Shown here: piece by piece, positions 8,360-17,346 of the stretch
How positions within the stretch are numbered: position 1 is the first letter of the stretch
Layout: the number at the start of each line of letters is the position of its first letter
From: Escherichia phage vB_Eco_mar004NP2
Length of the DNA stretch: 64,000 nt
Direction: 5' to 3' (one strand)
Sequence record: NC_048205.1
Made by a program: the position numbers and the translations under genes
Notes under the pieces: generated by a model
The model's input: only the letters and a program-made list of their open reading frames with translations
What the model was told of the DNA's origin: nothing
Databases searched by the model: none

Positions 8360-8643
8360 AGCCAGAACCTACCCATGAACTACCAACAGCTCATGTGGAC
8401 TGGCCTAAAGGACTTCAACCTTGTAGCTTTGATTTCAAATTTGAAAAGAAATTAGCTACAAACGGTGAAGATGGTGTAGTAGTAGTCGTACCATATAAAG
8501 ATTGGAATATGTTGGCAAAATGCCGCGAGGCAGAATATTCATATATCTCACGACTGACAAGTATGGTTTGCTTCTACCGCCAAGATTTGCAAGAAAAACG
8601 TTGTTTAGTATATTATCCACCAATTAACAATAGGAAAGATTAA
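8290..8643 (+). CDS. lipoprotein (possible o-spanin-like), 117 aa
   Basis: signal peptide with lipobox ITGC; gene starts inside upstream ORF in another frame. Confidence 0.4.
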   Translation: MFNWKLGILLAAAITITGCAQEIKPEPTHELPTAHVDWPKGLQPCSFDFKFEKKLATNGEDGVVVVVPYKDWNMLAKCREAEYSYISRLTSMVCFYRQDLQEKRCLVYYPPINNRKD

Positions 8644-9395
8644 TGTCAGTATTAGTCGGTTTACATGGTGAAGCTGGTTCGGGAAAAGATACCGTTGCAA
8701 AATTAATTATCGATTGGTGTAATGACACGTATCCAACGTGTTTACCCCGTCGTTACAGTTTTGCCAAGCCCGTTTATGAACTTGCATCTGTAATCCTCGG
8801 TGTAACTCCAGAGTTTCTAGGAGAGCGCAGGGGAAAAGAGATTGACCAATGGTTTACGGTCACACAATCTCAATTGGAGCGAGCTAGAGACGTATGGTTT
8901 AAATACGGTATCGATAAGTTTGAAGACTTCTCGTACGTTTGGCCGATTTTTGAGGAAAAATATCTTAATCCTCAACAACTTATCTCAGAGAATAAAGAAG
9001 ACGGACTTTATAGTTTATTTATTTCTCCGAGAAAAATGTTACAGCTCGTAGGGACAGAGCTAGGAAGGCAGCTGGTACATGAACGCATTTGGCTCATAAT
9101 TCTGGAGCAATCCATCGCTAAAGACGACCCAGATGTCGCCGTAATAACAGATGTGAGATTCCCCAATGAAGGAGAGCTACTCAGAGAAACAAACCATTTA
9201 GATATGGATTCTTTGATAGTAAATGTAGTACCAGCTGAGCAGAAGTTCACTATTAAATCAGATCATCCATCTGAAAGTGGTATTCCTGCAAAATATATTA
9301 CTCACGAATTAGTTAATAAATTCGATGGTATCAATAACCTTAAACTAGAAGTTTATAACTTCTGTGACTTAGAGCTAGAACCACTAGTTGGATAA
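8643..9395 (+). CDS. deoxynucleoside monophosphate kinase (P-loop)
   Basis: N-terminal P-loop GLHGEAGSGKDT; size 250 aa matches T5-type dNMP kinase. Confidence 0.55.
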   Translation: MSVLVGLHGEAGSGKDTVAKLIIDWCNDTYPTCLPRRYSFAKPVYELASVILGVTPEFLGERRGKEIDQWFTVTQSQLERARDVWFKYGIDKFEDFSYVWPIFEEKYLNPQQLISENKEDGLYSLFISPRKMLQLVGTELGRQLVHERIWLIILEQSIAKDDPDVAVITDVRFPNEGELLRETNHLDMDSLIVNVVPAEQKFTIKSDHPSESGIPAKYITHELVNKFDGINNLKLEVYNFCDLELEPLVG

Positions 9396-9407
9396 TCAAG
9401 GATCGCT

Positions 9408-10007
9408 ATGACTAATAAAAAAGAAGAAAAGACTAACCTGTTTCACTCCATTCGCCAATCTAATGAGTATACCTTTTTCTTTGATGAAGAACTCGGTCCG
9501 CCGGATGAATACCGTGATTTATCAATGGTACTTATGCAAGCAAATGAGGACGACGAAATTAATCTGATGATTAATGGTCCAGGTGGTTATGTTGATACTG
9601 CTGCACAGTTATCTAACTTAATTGCTAATTGCCGTGGAACAGTTATAGGACATCTGGTTGGTCCTAGTGCTTCTGCTTACTGCACAATTTTCCTATCCTG
9701 TCATGGATGGGTAGTACATCCACATGCTACGCTAATGGGACACACGTTCTCTGGCGGATTCTGTGAGAAAGGTCAAGAAATCAAGAAAGCCTATGAATCT
9801 TACAACAAGTTCGTAGAAGATATGATGCTAGATGTCTACTATCCGTTCTTCTCAATAGATGAAATAGACGAGATGGTAAAAGACAACAAAAATATCTATC
9901 TAGATAGCAAGGAAATCCATAAGCGTATTGAAATCTTGGCGAAATATAGATCTGAGCAATATAATAAAATGCAGTTAACTCAATCTGAGGAGCACAACGA
10001 AGAGTAA
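9408..10007 (+). CDS. ClpP-like serine protease
   Basis: LMINGPGGYV motif resembling ClpP INSPGG; 199 aa. Confidence 0.45.
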   Translation: MTNKKEEKTNLFHSIRQSNEYTFFFDEELGPPDEYRDLSMVLMQANEDDEINLMINGPGGYVDTAAQLSNLIANCRGTVIGHLVGPSASAYCTIFLSCHGWVVHPHATLMGHTFSGGFCEKGQEIKKAYESYNKFVEDMMLDVYYPFFSIDEIDEMVKDNKNIYLDSKEIHKRIEILAKYRSEQYNKMQLTQSEEHNEE

Positions 10008-10017
10008 GTAATTTTAA

Positions 10018-10047
10018 GCCAGGGTTAAGTACCCTGGCTTTTCTTTT
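10018..10047 (+). terminator. rho-independent terminator
   Basis: hairpin GCCAGGGT-TAAGT-ACCCTGGC plus TTTTCTTTT. Confidence 0.65.
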
Positions 10048-10109
10048 ATCTAAAATTCTTCTTGACAACGACATAATTTTATGCTCCAAGTGTAACATTT
10101 AAAAACCCA

Positions 10110-10138
10110 TTGAAATTTTCCTCCAAAATTAGTATAAT
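10110..10138 (+). promoter_or_regulatory. sigma70 promoter (-35 TTGAAA, 17 bp, -10 TATAAT) for the lysis cassette
   Basis: hexamers and spacing; followed by GAGGAGG RBS. Confidence 0.5.
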
Positions 10139-10163
10139 GGTACTGGTTAGAGGAGGTTACAAA

Positions 10164-10820
10164 TTGGAAAAGTTCTTACAATTATTAACAGTACTGCTCC
10201 AAGAAGCGAAAGACCCAGCATCGCTTCTTAAACGTCTGCTAACTATCTTAGTTGCTGTCATTATTTTCTTATTTGTTAGTAATACTAGTGAAGTAATGTC
10301 ATTCTTAAAGACTTTTTCCACGTCTGCAGTTTTACAGGATTTACAAACCCAGAGGATAGATAACTTCCCTAATGTGGCGAGGGAAAAGAGCATGGTTCTC
10401 TTCTCTCAGACGGGTGCAGATGCTGTTTTTGTAGTCAAGTATAAACCAGATGCTATCAATGATTATTCCAATATTATTGCATGGGAAAGTAATGCGCAAT
10501 TAGATAGGGCTGACTTGGCCGATAAAGCGGTAAATAAAACGTCTGAATTATACAGACGTCATTTAGAGGGCTTTAACTACGCATCGGATTTAAGTGTAAG
10601 AGTAAATAAATATATGGGGTTAAATATACCTGCGTTTAAAAACGTTACTTTTAATTACATATACACTTGTCCATACTTCAATCTAAAAAATATCTATGCT
10701 GGGTACATTGGTATTGCTTGGAAAGATAATCCGGTAGATACAGCTGATTCTGAACAGTTCAAGGAATATTTAGCAAAGCTCTGTTCCCCACAACAGAGAT
10801 CTTTAGGTAGGTCAATATGA
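10164..10820 (+). CDS. holin (218 aa, TTG start inferred)
   Basis: TTG 7 nt after GAGGAGG; single TM helix (LLTILVAVIIFLFV); immediately upstream of endolysin; the track ATG at 10110 lies inside the promoter. Confidence 0.5.
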   Translation: MEKFLQLLTVLLQEAKDPASLLKRLLTILVAVIIFLFVSNTSEVMSFLKTFSTSAVLQDLQTQRIDNFPNVAREKSMVLFSQTGADAVFVVKYKPDAINDYSNIIAWESNAQLDRADLADKAVNKTSELYRRHLEGFNYASDLSVRVNKYMGLNIPAFKNVTFNYIYTCPYFNLKNIYAGYIGIAWKDNPVDTADSEQFKEYLAKLCSPQQRSLGRSI

Positions 10821-11230
10821 GTTTTAAATTTGGTAAAAATAGCGAAAAACAATTAGCTACCGTTAAGCCCGAGCTACAAAAAGTAGCTCGTAGGGCTTTA
10901 GAATTATCTCCGTATGATTTCACAATCGTGCAAGGTATTCGTACAGTAGCACAAAGTGCCCAGAACATTGCTAATGGTACTTCATTTCTAAAAGATCCTA
11001 GTAAAAGCAAACATATTACTGGGGATGCTATTGATTTTGCTCCATATATTAATGGCAAAATTGATTGGAATGACTTAGAAGCATTTTGGGCGGTTAAAAA
11101 GGCTTTTGAACAAGCTGGTAAAGAACTAGGCATTAAACTTCGTTTTGGTGCTGATTGGAATGCTTCAGGAGACTATCACGATGAAATAAAACGTGGTACC
11201 TATGATGGCGGTCATGTCGAACTAGTTTAA
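10817..11230 (+). CDS. endolysin, L-alanyl-D-glutamate peptidase type
   Basis: 137 aa with conserved His/Asp metal ligands (HITGDAIDF ... DGGHVE); matches size of T5 endolysin. Confidence 0.7.
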   Translation: MSFKFGKNSEKQLATVKPELQKVARRALELSPYDFTIVQGIRTVAQSAQNIANGTSFLKDPSKSKHITGDAIDFAPYINGKIDWNDLEAFWAVKKAFEQAGKELGIKLRFGADWNASGDYHDEIKRGTYDGGHVELV

Positions 11231-11241
11231 TTAATAACTGA

Positions 11242-11265
11242 GGCGGGAATATTCCCGCCTTTTTA
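11242..11265 (+). terminator. rho-independent terminator
   Basis: hairpin GGCGGGAATATTCCCGCC plus TTTTT. Confidence 0.7.
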
Positions 11266-11307
11266 GGCAAAGGGGGCTTTAATAATTTTTGAAGATAGGA
11301 GAAAGCC

Positions 11308-11724
11308 ATGTTTGCAGAACTATTCACTATGATGCTGCTAGGTATCTGGAAAATAAGTCTAGTAGTATTCGTTTTAATGATAGTCTTTACTATCATTGCA
11401 TTAACTACCCGAAATAGCTTATTAATAAAGGTTATTCACGGACTAGAGTATATAATTATGGGTTCATTCGGCGTTTGTAAATGCAATTGCCATAGAGATA
11501 CGAAATATTGTTGGTTATGGATGGAACTAGAGAATCCCATATCCATAGCTTTGGCTGTTTCATTCGGTATGATTCTTATGGCCCTTACTCTAGCATTAAT
11601 ACCTTTAATGTTAGCTGGGGGAGTTACAGCGTATTTCACCCTTTTCTCCCCGATACTTATGTACTCAATTTACCCAATAACTATGTATCTAGTTAGGAAA
11701 AGATTTATACATGCAGTAGATTAA
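11308..11724 (+). CDS. multi-pass membrane protein, 138 aa
   Basis: several hydrophobic helices; RBS GATAGGAGAAAG. Confidence 0.5.
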   Translation: MFAELFTMMLLGIWKISLVVFVLMIVFTIIALTTRNSLLIKVIHGLEYIIMGSFGVCKCNCHRDTKYCWLWMELENPISIALAVSFGMILMALTLALIPLMLAGGVTAYFTLFSPILMYSIYPITMYLVRKRFIHAVD

Positions 11725-11737
11725 GATAAAAAAGTAG

Positions 11738-11766
11738 TTGACTTTTAGCCCTAGTTATTATATAAT
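11738..11766 (+). promoter_or_regulatory. sigma70 early promoter (-35 TTGACT, 17 bp, -10 TATAAT) with conserved leader
   Basis: hexamers; leader ACATAAATTAGTTAAGAGAGG. Confidence 0.6.
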
Positions 11767-11799
11767 ATATACATAAATTAGTTAAGAGAGGTATATATT

Positions 11800-12231
11800 A
11801 TGTCTGATCGTTTCTACACTCAAATGGCGGAACATTTTCGTATACCACATTACGAGCTAAACATTGCACTCCGTGATCATGACTCTCCTGAGTACAAAAA
11901 GCTCGAAAAGAAAGCGGAAAAATCTATTGATACAAAGGTAGGTGCATCTATGTCTAAGGGCAAAAAGTTAACTCGTCTTGATCTTAATAAAATTTTAACT
12001 GAACTTTTGGGTACTGATATTGAAGGTGCTAAATTACCACTTCTTGTACTAGAGACTATGATTAAAAAGGTCAAAAATAAAGAATATAAGAAGGTAGAAG
12101 TCCCAGAGGGCAGATTAAAGGCTCCTTATCAGGAAGCATTAACCGAGTGTTTGGGTGTAAATCTTGATCTGAGCACCGCAACCGTAAAAACTATGAAAAA
12201 CTTCTTAGAGGCCATTAATAACTATGAGTAA
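11800..12231 (+). CDS. hypothetical protein, 143 aa
   Basis: ATG after AAGAGAGG. Confidence 0.55.
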   Translation: MSDRFYTQMAEHFRIPHYELNIALRDHDSPEYKKLEKKAEKSIDTKVGASMSKGKKLTRLDLNKILTELLGTDIEGAKLPLLVLETMIKKVKNKEYKKVEVPEGRLKAPYQEALTECLGVNLDLSTATVKTMKNFLEAINNYE

Positions 12232-12514
12232 ATTAGTCTATCTATTAAAAGGTTCCACCTGTAACCCGTGTAAACTTTTCGAGCCAGTATTTGATAAAGT
12301 AGTCAGTGACTATAATTTGGAAATCCATAAAGAGACTGATAATACAGAATTAATGCAGAAATTTGGTGTGCGCCAAGTTCCTGTAGTAGTTCTGGCGGAT
12401 CGCTTACCTAATGGTCGAGTAGAAGCTAATCATATTCTGATTGGACGTCAGCTTCGTAAAGAAACTATGCACGAAGCTATTAAAAATTTCCTGGATGATA
12501 ATCCAGAGGACTAA
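12224..12514 (+). CDS. thioredoxin/glutaredoxin-like protein (CxxC)
   Basis: CNPC motif near N-terminus, 96 aa. Confidence 0.45.
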   Translation: MSKLVYLLKGSTCNPCKLFEPVFDKVVSDYNLEIHKETDNTELMQKFGVRQVPVVVLADRLPNGRVEANHILIGRQLRKETMHEAIKNFLDDNPED

Positions 12515-12521
12515 TAAACAA

Positions 12522-12554
12522 AGCCTGATCTTAGCTGATCAGGCTTTTATTTTA
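12522..12554 (+). terminator. rho-independent terminator
   Basis: hairpin AGCCTGATC-TTAG-CTGATCAGGCT plus TTTTATTTT. Confidence 0.7.
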
Positions 12555-12556
12555 CT

Positions 12557-12584
12557 TGCTTTTTGCTAAAAATTTTGGTATAAT
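12557..12584 (+). promoter_or_regulatory. sigma70 early promoter (-35 TTGCTT, 16 bp, -10 TATAAT) with conserved leader
   Basis: hexamers; leader TTATATAAATTGATGAAAAGG. Confidence 0.55.
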
Positions 12585-12641
12585 ACTTATATAAATTGAT
12601 GAAAAGGCTATCTACACACTACAAGAAATAGGGGTATTCCA

Positions 12642-13019
12642 ATGAACTATGCATATCTAATTATTAATAATAACGTAGTTTGTGGTACTCGCGCCGTTGA
12701 GATGGGTATTACAGAAGAAAAGTATAAGTCACTTCCAGAAAAGGAACAACAATATTATGTTGAAGAAGCTGCTTGGGAATATGCTGATGTTTATCCCGAA
12801 CAGCGTGAAGATCGCGTTACTATTGTTGTCTCTTTGGGGCTGGTTGGCTGTGATACCGAAGTTGATACAGACCTAGAGACTTTAGAAGAGTGGGGAGAAT
12901 TAGACATTTCAGCTAAAAACTCTTTAATCCGTGAGGCTTTTTGGGAAGCAGTTGACTGCCATGTTGTCTTTGAGCCTAACGATGAGGAAGCTGAGAAGCA
13001 TACTAACCACTGGGGATAA
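12642..13019 (+). CDS. hypothetical acidic protein, 125 aa
   Basis: ORF after promoter. Confidence 0.55.
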   Translation: MNYAYLIINNNVVCGTRAVEMGITEEKYKSLPEKEQQYYVEEAAWEYADVYPEQREDRVTIVVSLGLVGCDTEVDTDLETLEEWGELDISAKNSLIREAFWEAVDCHVVFEPNDEEAEKHTNHWG

Positions 13020-13023
13020 TTAA

Positions 13024-13269
13024 ATGTTAGCGGAACAAGCAAAACGTTTAGCTAGGATAAATAGAGCTGCAATTCTTAAGAGCAGAAAGAAACCATATAA
13101 GTATGTTAAAAAGAGAATAGTTTCTTCTGTGGAGATTGGAGGTTCTTTTGTACAGTTTAATCGTGATGAAATTAGTTATGAAGCTATAAAAGCCCTCTAT
13201 AAAGAGGGTTATACTCTCCAACTATCTAATGAGTATGGCACAACTATTTTAACTGTTATTTGGGAATAA
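13024..13269 (+). CDS. hypothetical protein, 81 aa
   Basis: ORF track; tightly packed with neighbours. Confidence 0.45.
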   Translation: MLAEQAKRLARINRAAILKSRKKPYKYVKKRIVSSVEIGGSFVQFNRDEISYEAIKALYKEGYTLQLSNEYGTTILTVIWE

Positions 13270-13271
13270 TT

Positions 13272-14135
13272 ATGAAAAAAGAATTTAATGTACATAAAAC
13301 TCTAGTAGTGCCAGATGATGCCAACTTGTTTTTCGTTGGTGATATTCATGGATGCAATGATTTGCTGGAAGATGCGTTGAAATTAGCTGGGTATAATAGC
13401 AAGAAAGATTGCGTAGTATGTGTTGGTGACTTAATTGACCGGGGCACACAAAACTTACAAGTTTTAGCTAAATTCTTATATAATCCACGTTTTTGTAGCG
13501 TTCGTGGAAATCATGACCAGTTTATGATTGTAGGAGATTGGGCTAACTGGATGTATAATGGAGGTATGTGGGCTATGAATGAGCTGGACGCAGATACCAT
13601 TAAAAATATTGCCGAAGACATGGCTGAAAAACTTCCAGTATTTATGACTGTGCTGCATCGTGGCAAGAAGTATGGTGTTGTTCATGGTGGTGTACCTTTT
13701 ACATACAAAGAATGTGGTAACGAAGTAGAAACTCCAGTATGGGATAACCTTATTGCACAAGTAGAAGCAGCTAAGGAAGACCCACATGACCATCCTGGAT
13801 ACCATGTTGAACCATATTTATGGGATCGAGATGTAATACAAGAAATAGGCTTCCATTTGTCCAAAAATGGTGAGGAACACCCGTATTTCCAGCGTTATTC
13901 TGGGTTTAAAGAAAAATACATGGTAGAAATACCTCCAGTTAGTGGGGTAGACTTTGTGTTTCATGGGCATACTGGAGTACCTTACCCTATTTTACACCAA
14001 AATCGTGTTTACTTAGATACTGGCGGTGTTTTCAACGGGCAGTTGACGGTTGCGCAAGTTAATGATGAAACTGGCAAAATCACAACATTTACCACGCTTC
14101 GCGAAGATAGCTGTGGCATACAGAGGATTCTTTAA
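13272..14135 (+). CDS. Ser/Thr protein phosphatase (calcineurin-like metallophosphatase)
   Basis: motifs GDIHG, GDLIDRG, GNHD; ATG chosen instead of the track TTG at 13260. Confidence 0.7.
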   Translation: MKKEFNVHKTLVVPDDANLFFVGDIHGCNDLLEDALKLAGYNSKKDCVVCVGDLIDRGTQNLQVLAKFLYNPRFCSVRGNHDQFMIVGDWANWMYNGGMWAMNELDADTIKNIAEDMAEKLPVFMTVLHRGKKYGVVHGGVPFTYKECGNEVETPVWDNLIAQVEAAKEDPHDHPGYHVEPYLWDRDVIQEIGFHLSKNGEEHPYFQRYSGFKEKYMVEIPPVSGVDFVFHGHTGVPYPILHQNRVYLDTGGVFNGQLTVAQVNDETGKITTFTTLREDSCGIQRIL

Positions 14136-14656
14136 TGAAAGTCTGCTTTTGGAGCGATCTACACTTAGGACATGCAAATATTACTAAATTCAGACCAATC
14201 TTCTCTACTATGGAAGAGCATGATGAATTTATTATGGATACTATTACATCCATGAAAGATAAGCGTACAGTATTTTATATTTTAGGGGATGCATTTGTAT
14301 CTAGAAATGGTTTGGAGAAATTCGAAAAACTCTTTAGTAATGTTAGAACTACATTAGTTTTGGGGAACCACGACTTAGAACGAGAAGGGTTATCTTTCAA
14401 AGACTTAGTGGGAGTTGTAGATAACGTACAATCCCTAGTTAAGTATAAAAACTTTTGGCTTTCCCATGCTCCAGTACATCCAGAAGAGTTAAGGGGCAAG
14501 AAGAACTTACATGGGCATACTCACTTTGAGTTAATGGGGGACCCTCGTTATATTAACGTTTGTGTAGAGTATGCAAAATCACCAGTACGCCTGGAAGACA
14601 TCATGAATGGTAAGTACACTTCTCATGATAAAACTAGCTGGATGTTAAATGTCTAA
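14135..14656 (+). CDS. second metallophosphoesterase, 173 aa
   Basis: DLHLGH and GNHD motifs; TAATG start/stop overlap with upstream phosphatase. Confidence 0.55.
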   Translation: MKVCFWSDLHLGHANITKFRPIFSTMEEHDEFIMDTITSMKDKRTVFYILGDAFVSRNGLEKFEKLFSNVRTTLVLGNHDLEREGLSFKDLVGVVDNVQSLVKYKNFWLSHAPVHPEELRGKKNLHGHTHFELMGDPRYINVCVEYAKSPVRLEDIMNGKYTSHDKTSWMLNV

Positions 14657-14764
14657 GTATATAGCTGAGGTTATTATTAAACGAATTATACAGGCGATAG
14701 CAATACTTATAATCATTTGTATTGCTATTGGCACAGGATTAGGCATTTTAATTGAAAGTTTTAT

Positions 14765-14793
14765 TTGCTAAAATGCCTAAGTTTCTGTATAAT
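14765..14793 (+). promoter_or_regulatory. sigma70 early promoter (-35 TTGCTA, 17 bp, -10 TATAAT) with conserved leader
   Basis: hexamers; leader TTTATAAATTGATGAGAAGG. Confidence 0.6.
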
Positions 14794-14823
14794 TACTTTA
14801 TAAATTGATGAGAAGGAATCAAA

Positions 14824-15255
14824 ATGAACAAAGTTGATAAAGCTCTAGTTTTCACAGCAGCAGATAAGTTTGAACAAGTTAAGGCAACTTTCCGAACCTT
14901 GTTCCAGTCTTACGTTCAGGATAAGTCTAATCCTATCTCTGAACGTTTGATGGTCTGGGAATGTCATGCATGCAATGCCTTATTAATTGCTGATTATCGT
15001 AGCGATATAGATAAAGATCTGTGCGAAATTCTTATCGCTGAGGAGGCAGAACGTTATCAGTTAATCTCTTTCCAAGATTTGGCAGAGCATATCATTCCCG
15101 ATGATCTTTGGGATAAATACTATGGTGATCCTGAAGATGAAGGAATGACTCCAGAAGCATGCATTGAGCTGATCTGCAAAGATCATCCTGAAATTGCAGA
15201 GAAATTTGAAAAAGTTTTTGCTTCTGAGTTCTCCGGCGTTGTTAACGATTGGTAA
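14824..15255 (+). CDS. hypothetical acidic protein, 143 aa
   Basis: ATG after GAGAAGG. Confidence 0.55.
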   Translation: MNKVDKALVFTAADKFEQVKATFRTLFQSYVQDKSNPISERLMVWECHACNALLIADYRSDIDKDLCEILIAEEAERYQLISFQDLAEHIIPDDLWDKYYGDPEDEGMTPEACIELICKDHPEIAEKFEKVFASEFSGVVNDW

Positions 15256-15272
15256 GTAATTAAAAAATTCAG

Positions 15273-15301
15273 TTGCTTTAAGCCTTAAAATTCTGTATAA
15301 T
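15273..15301 (+). promoter_or_regulatory. sigma70 early promoter (-35 TTGCTT, 17 bp, -10 TATAAT) with conserved leader
   Basis: hexamers; leader TTCATAAATTAATGAGAGAGG. Confidence 0.6.
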
Positions 15302-15333
15302 AAGTTCATAAATTAATGAGAGAGGAAATTCTA

Positions 15334-15585
15334 ATGGAAAACATGACTAAAAATGAAATGGCTAACGTTCTGGCAATTCTCCTCGACATGCAGGGTTTTG
15401 AAGGCCAGCTCATGAAGATGTCTATTCCGGCAATGAAAAAGATGTACGATTCCCTGAATAAGAATGCTATGGCGTTCAACCTTGCAAAACAAGAAGCACG
15501 TTTTGCTAAAGAGCATCAGGCAACTGCCGAACGTCGTGCAGCATCTTTTGAGCGTGAAGTTAAGCAACTGAAAGGTAAGAAATAA
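15334..15585 (+). CDS. hypothetical protein, 83 aa
   Basis: start at ATG 8 nt after GAGAGG; the track start at 15316 is the ATG inside the conserved leader. Confidence 0.5.
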   Translation: MENMTKNEMANVLAILLDMQGFEGQLMKMSIPAMKKMYDSLNKNAMAFNLAKQEARFAKEHQATAERRAASFEREVKQLKGKK

Positions 15586-15750
15586 TGGAAAGAATATCCA
15601 TTTTTATGCTATCACTCCTTTTAGGAGTGTTAATATATAGTATAGTTTCTCTTCACACACGTTTAGCAGAACTAGACAATTCTATCCACGAGTTAAATGT
15701 GGAGTTGTGTAAACTAGTTCCAAACAATGAAAAATGTAAGGATATTTAAT
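15586..15750 (+). CDS. small TM/coiled-coil protein, 54 aa (not in ORF track)
   Basis: TAATGG overlap with upstream stop; hydrophobic N-terminus. Confidence 0.3.
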
Positions 15751-16030
15751 GTTGATTGAAATTCTTATTGGGTTACTAGTTCTTACTACACTAGTAGCGA
15801 TTGGTGGAGTTATTGGGATTGTGAATGCACGAAAAAACATGGAAAGTATGCTTAGTACTAATGATGGACTACACCACCGTTTGCTAGAGCAAGAGCAAGA
15901 TATTGAATTAGCACAAAGACGCTCGGATATTCTTAAGGAAAAACTAAATAGTATAGAAGCAATAGTTGGGAATAATAAATTACCGGCTAAAGTAATGCGT
16001 ACACAGATAATCACGGAGATTAAAAAATGA
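15749..16030 (+). CDS. small TM + coiled-coil protein, 93 aa
   Basis: N-terminal TM helix; translationally coupled. Confidence 0.45.
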   Translation: MLIEILIGLLVLTTLVAIGGVIGIVNARKNMESMLSTNDGLHHRLLEQEQDIELAQRRSDILKEKLNSIEAIVGNNKLPAKVMRTQIITEIKK

Positions 16031-16272
16031 TGATGTTTATTCTAGCATTTTATCTAATCGTGGTGGGAGTTCTAGTTACTAAGTACCATACATGGGCACC
16101 AAAGAATGTAGTTAAGGTAGCACTATTTGTTATTCCAGTCCCACTTATTATACTTTCTATGTTACTGGTGATGTTAATTGGTAAAGTGACGAAGACCGAT
16201 ATTAAACGCATTGCTGATGAATTGCAACAGTCTTGTGATATGGTAGAGGATATTCTTAAAGATGAAGCTTAA
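16027..16272 (+). CDS. small membrane protein, 81 aa
   Basis: two hydrophobic segments; ATGA overlap. Confidence 0.45.
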   Translation: MMMFILAFYLIVVGVLVTKYHTWAPKNVVKVALFVIPVPLIILSMLLVMLIGKVTKTDIKRIADELQQSCDMVEDILKDEA

Positions 16273-16588
16273 TTTTAATGAATTAAATACCTTACATGAG
16301 ATACTACAGTTTGTGAATAATAATATTAGCATTCCAGATGACACGCTAGAAGTTCTCATGTTAATCGAGAAAAAGGTAGGAATTGAAATTGAGGATTCTT
16401 GGAAACCACTTTCTGTATTAACACCACTTAATATGAAAGTGATAGTTAAAAATATTGATACTGGTGAAGAGTGTGAAATGATTCGTAAAGAACTAGCTGA
16501 TAGCTATTCACCAAAGTCTGTAGTAATGTACCATGATGATACCGCTAAGACTCTACAGACAGCTAATTATGTATGGCGTCTCCCATGA
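16262..16588 (+). CDS. hypothetical protein, 108 aa
   Basis: ORF track. Confidence 0.45.
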   Translation: MKLNFNELNTLHEILQFVNNNISIPDDTLEVLMLIEKKVGIEIEDSWKPLSVLTPLNMKVIVKNIDTGEECEMIRKELADSYSPKSVVMYHDDTAKTLQTANYVWRLP

Positions 16589-16687
16589 TTGATTTAGTAC
16601 CAATTACTGCGGGGCTAATAGCACTATTAGTGCTCGCAGTTTTCATTATTGTGGAGCAGGCCAAAGTAATAAGGAGACTTAAAAACA

Positions 16688-16888
16688 ATGGTAAAACGTC
16701 TTGTTTATCAGGCACCAAAGATTGTAACTGAGTATTTTGTATTACTGCCTCAGATTGTATTTCTAACAGCATTATTTAATATACTTTTTCGACATCTAGG
16801 AATAACGGAAAATATCTTCTACACTTCTGGGCTACTTCCTTTTATGTACGAAGGCATCATCGTGGCAATTAACGGAGTTCGTAAATGA
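16688..16888 (+). CDS. small membrane protein, 66 aa
   Basis: ATG after TAAGGAGA. Confidence 0.4.
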   Translation: MVKRLVYQAPKIVTEYFVLLPQIVFLTALFNILFRHLGITENIFYTSGLLPFMYEGIIVAINGVRK

Positions 16889-17346
16889 CAGCACTACAAC
16901 AACTACAGAATTACTGGTTTGATAACCAATTTAACGATCTCTTCATCCAGTTGTTTGTCGAAACGAACGGACGCTTCAACTACCGATTCTTTAATAAGTT
17001 TCACGAAACAAAATTCTCGCATACAGAAATTAATGCAGCAATCCAAGACCTAACTGGTTCTAAAGTAATTCAGTATCGTGAAGTAGACTTCACACCAGAT
17101 TGTTTTGGGTTTGAATTGTTTAAGAAAGCGTATAAATTTGGTAAGTTTGAGGATGCTCGTCAATGGGTTCATGATTTCTGGTACAACACCGATATTGTCC
17201 CTAGTCGCGTGCTGATTCTTAACTGGATTGCTAAGCAACATCCACCTAAAACGCAATCATCCTTCTTACCGACTGACACAGGAAACCTCTACCATGACAG
17301 AAAAGAAAAACCCATTATTGGAGCAGATGAAGGAGTGGGAGAGTAA
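16885..17346 (+). CDS. hypothetical protein, 153 aa
   Basis: ATGA overlap with upstream gene. Confidence 0.5.
   Translation: MTALQQLQNYWFDNQFNDLFIQLFVETNGRFNYRFFNKFHETKFSHTEINAAIQDLTGSKVIQYREVDFTPDCFGFELFKKAYKFGKFEDARQWVHDFWYNTDIVPSRVLILNWIAKQHPPKTQSSFLPTDTGNLYHDRKEKPIIGADEGVGE

Noticed and set aside
10110-10163. ATG at 10110 as the holin start (236-aa product)
   Set aside because: That ATG lies within the -35 element of the promoter; TTG at 10164 after GAGGAGG gives the expected ~218-aa class-sized protein. Left at moderate confidence.
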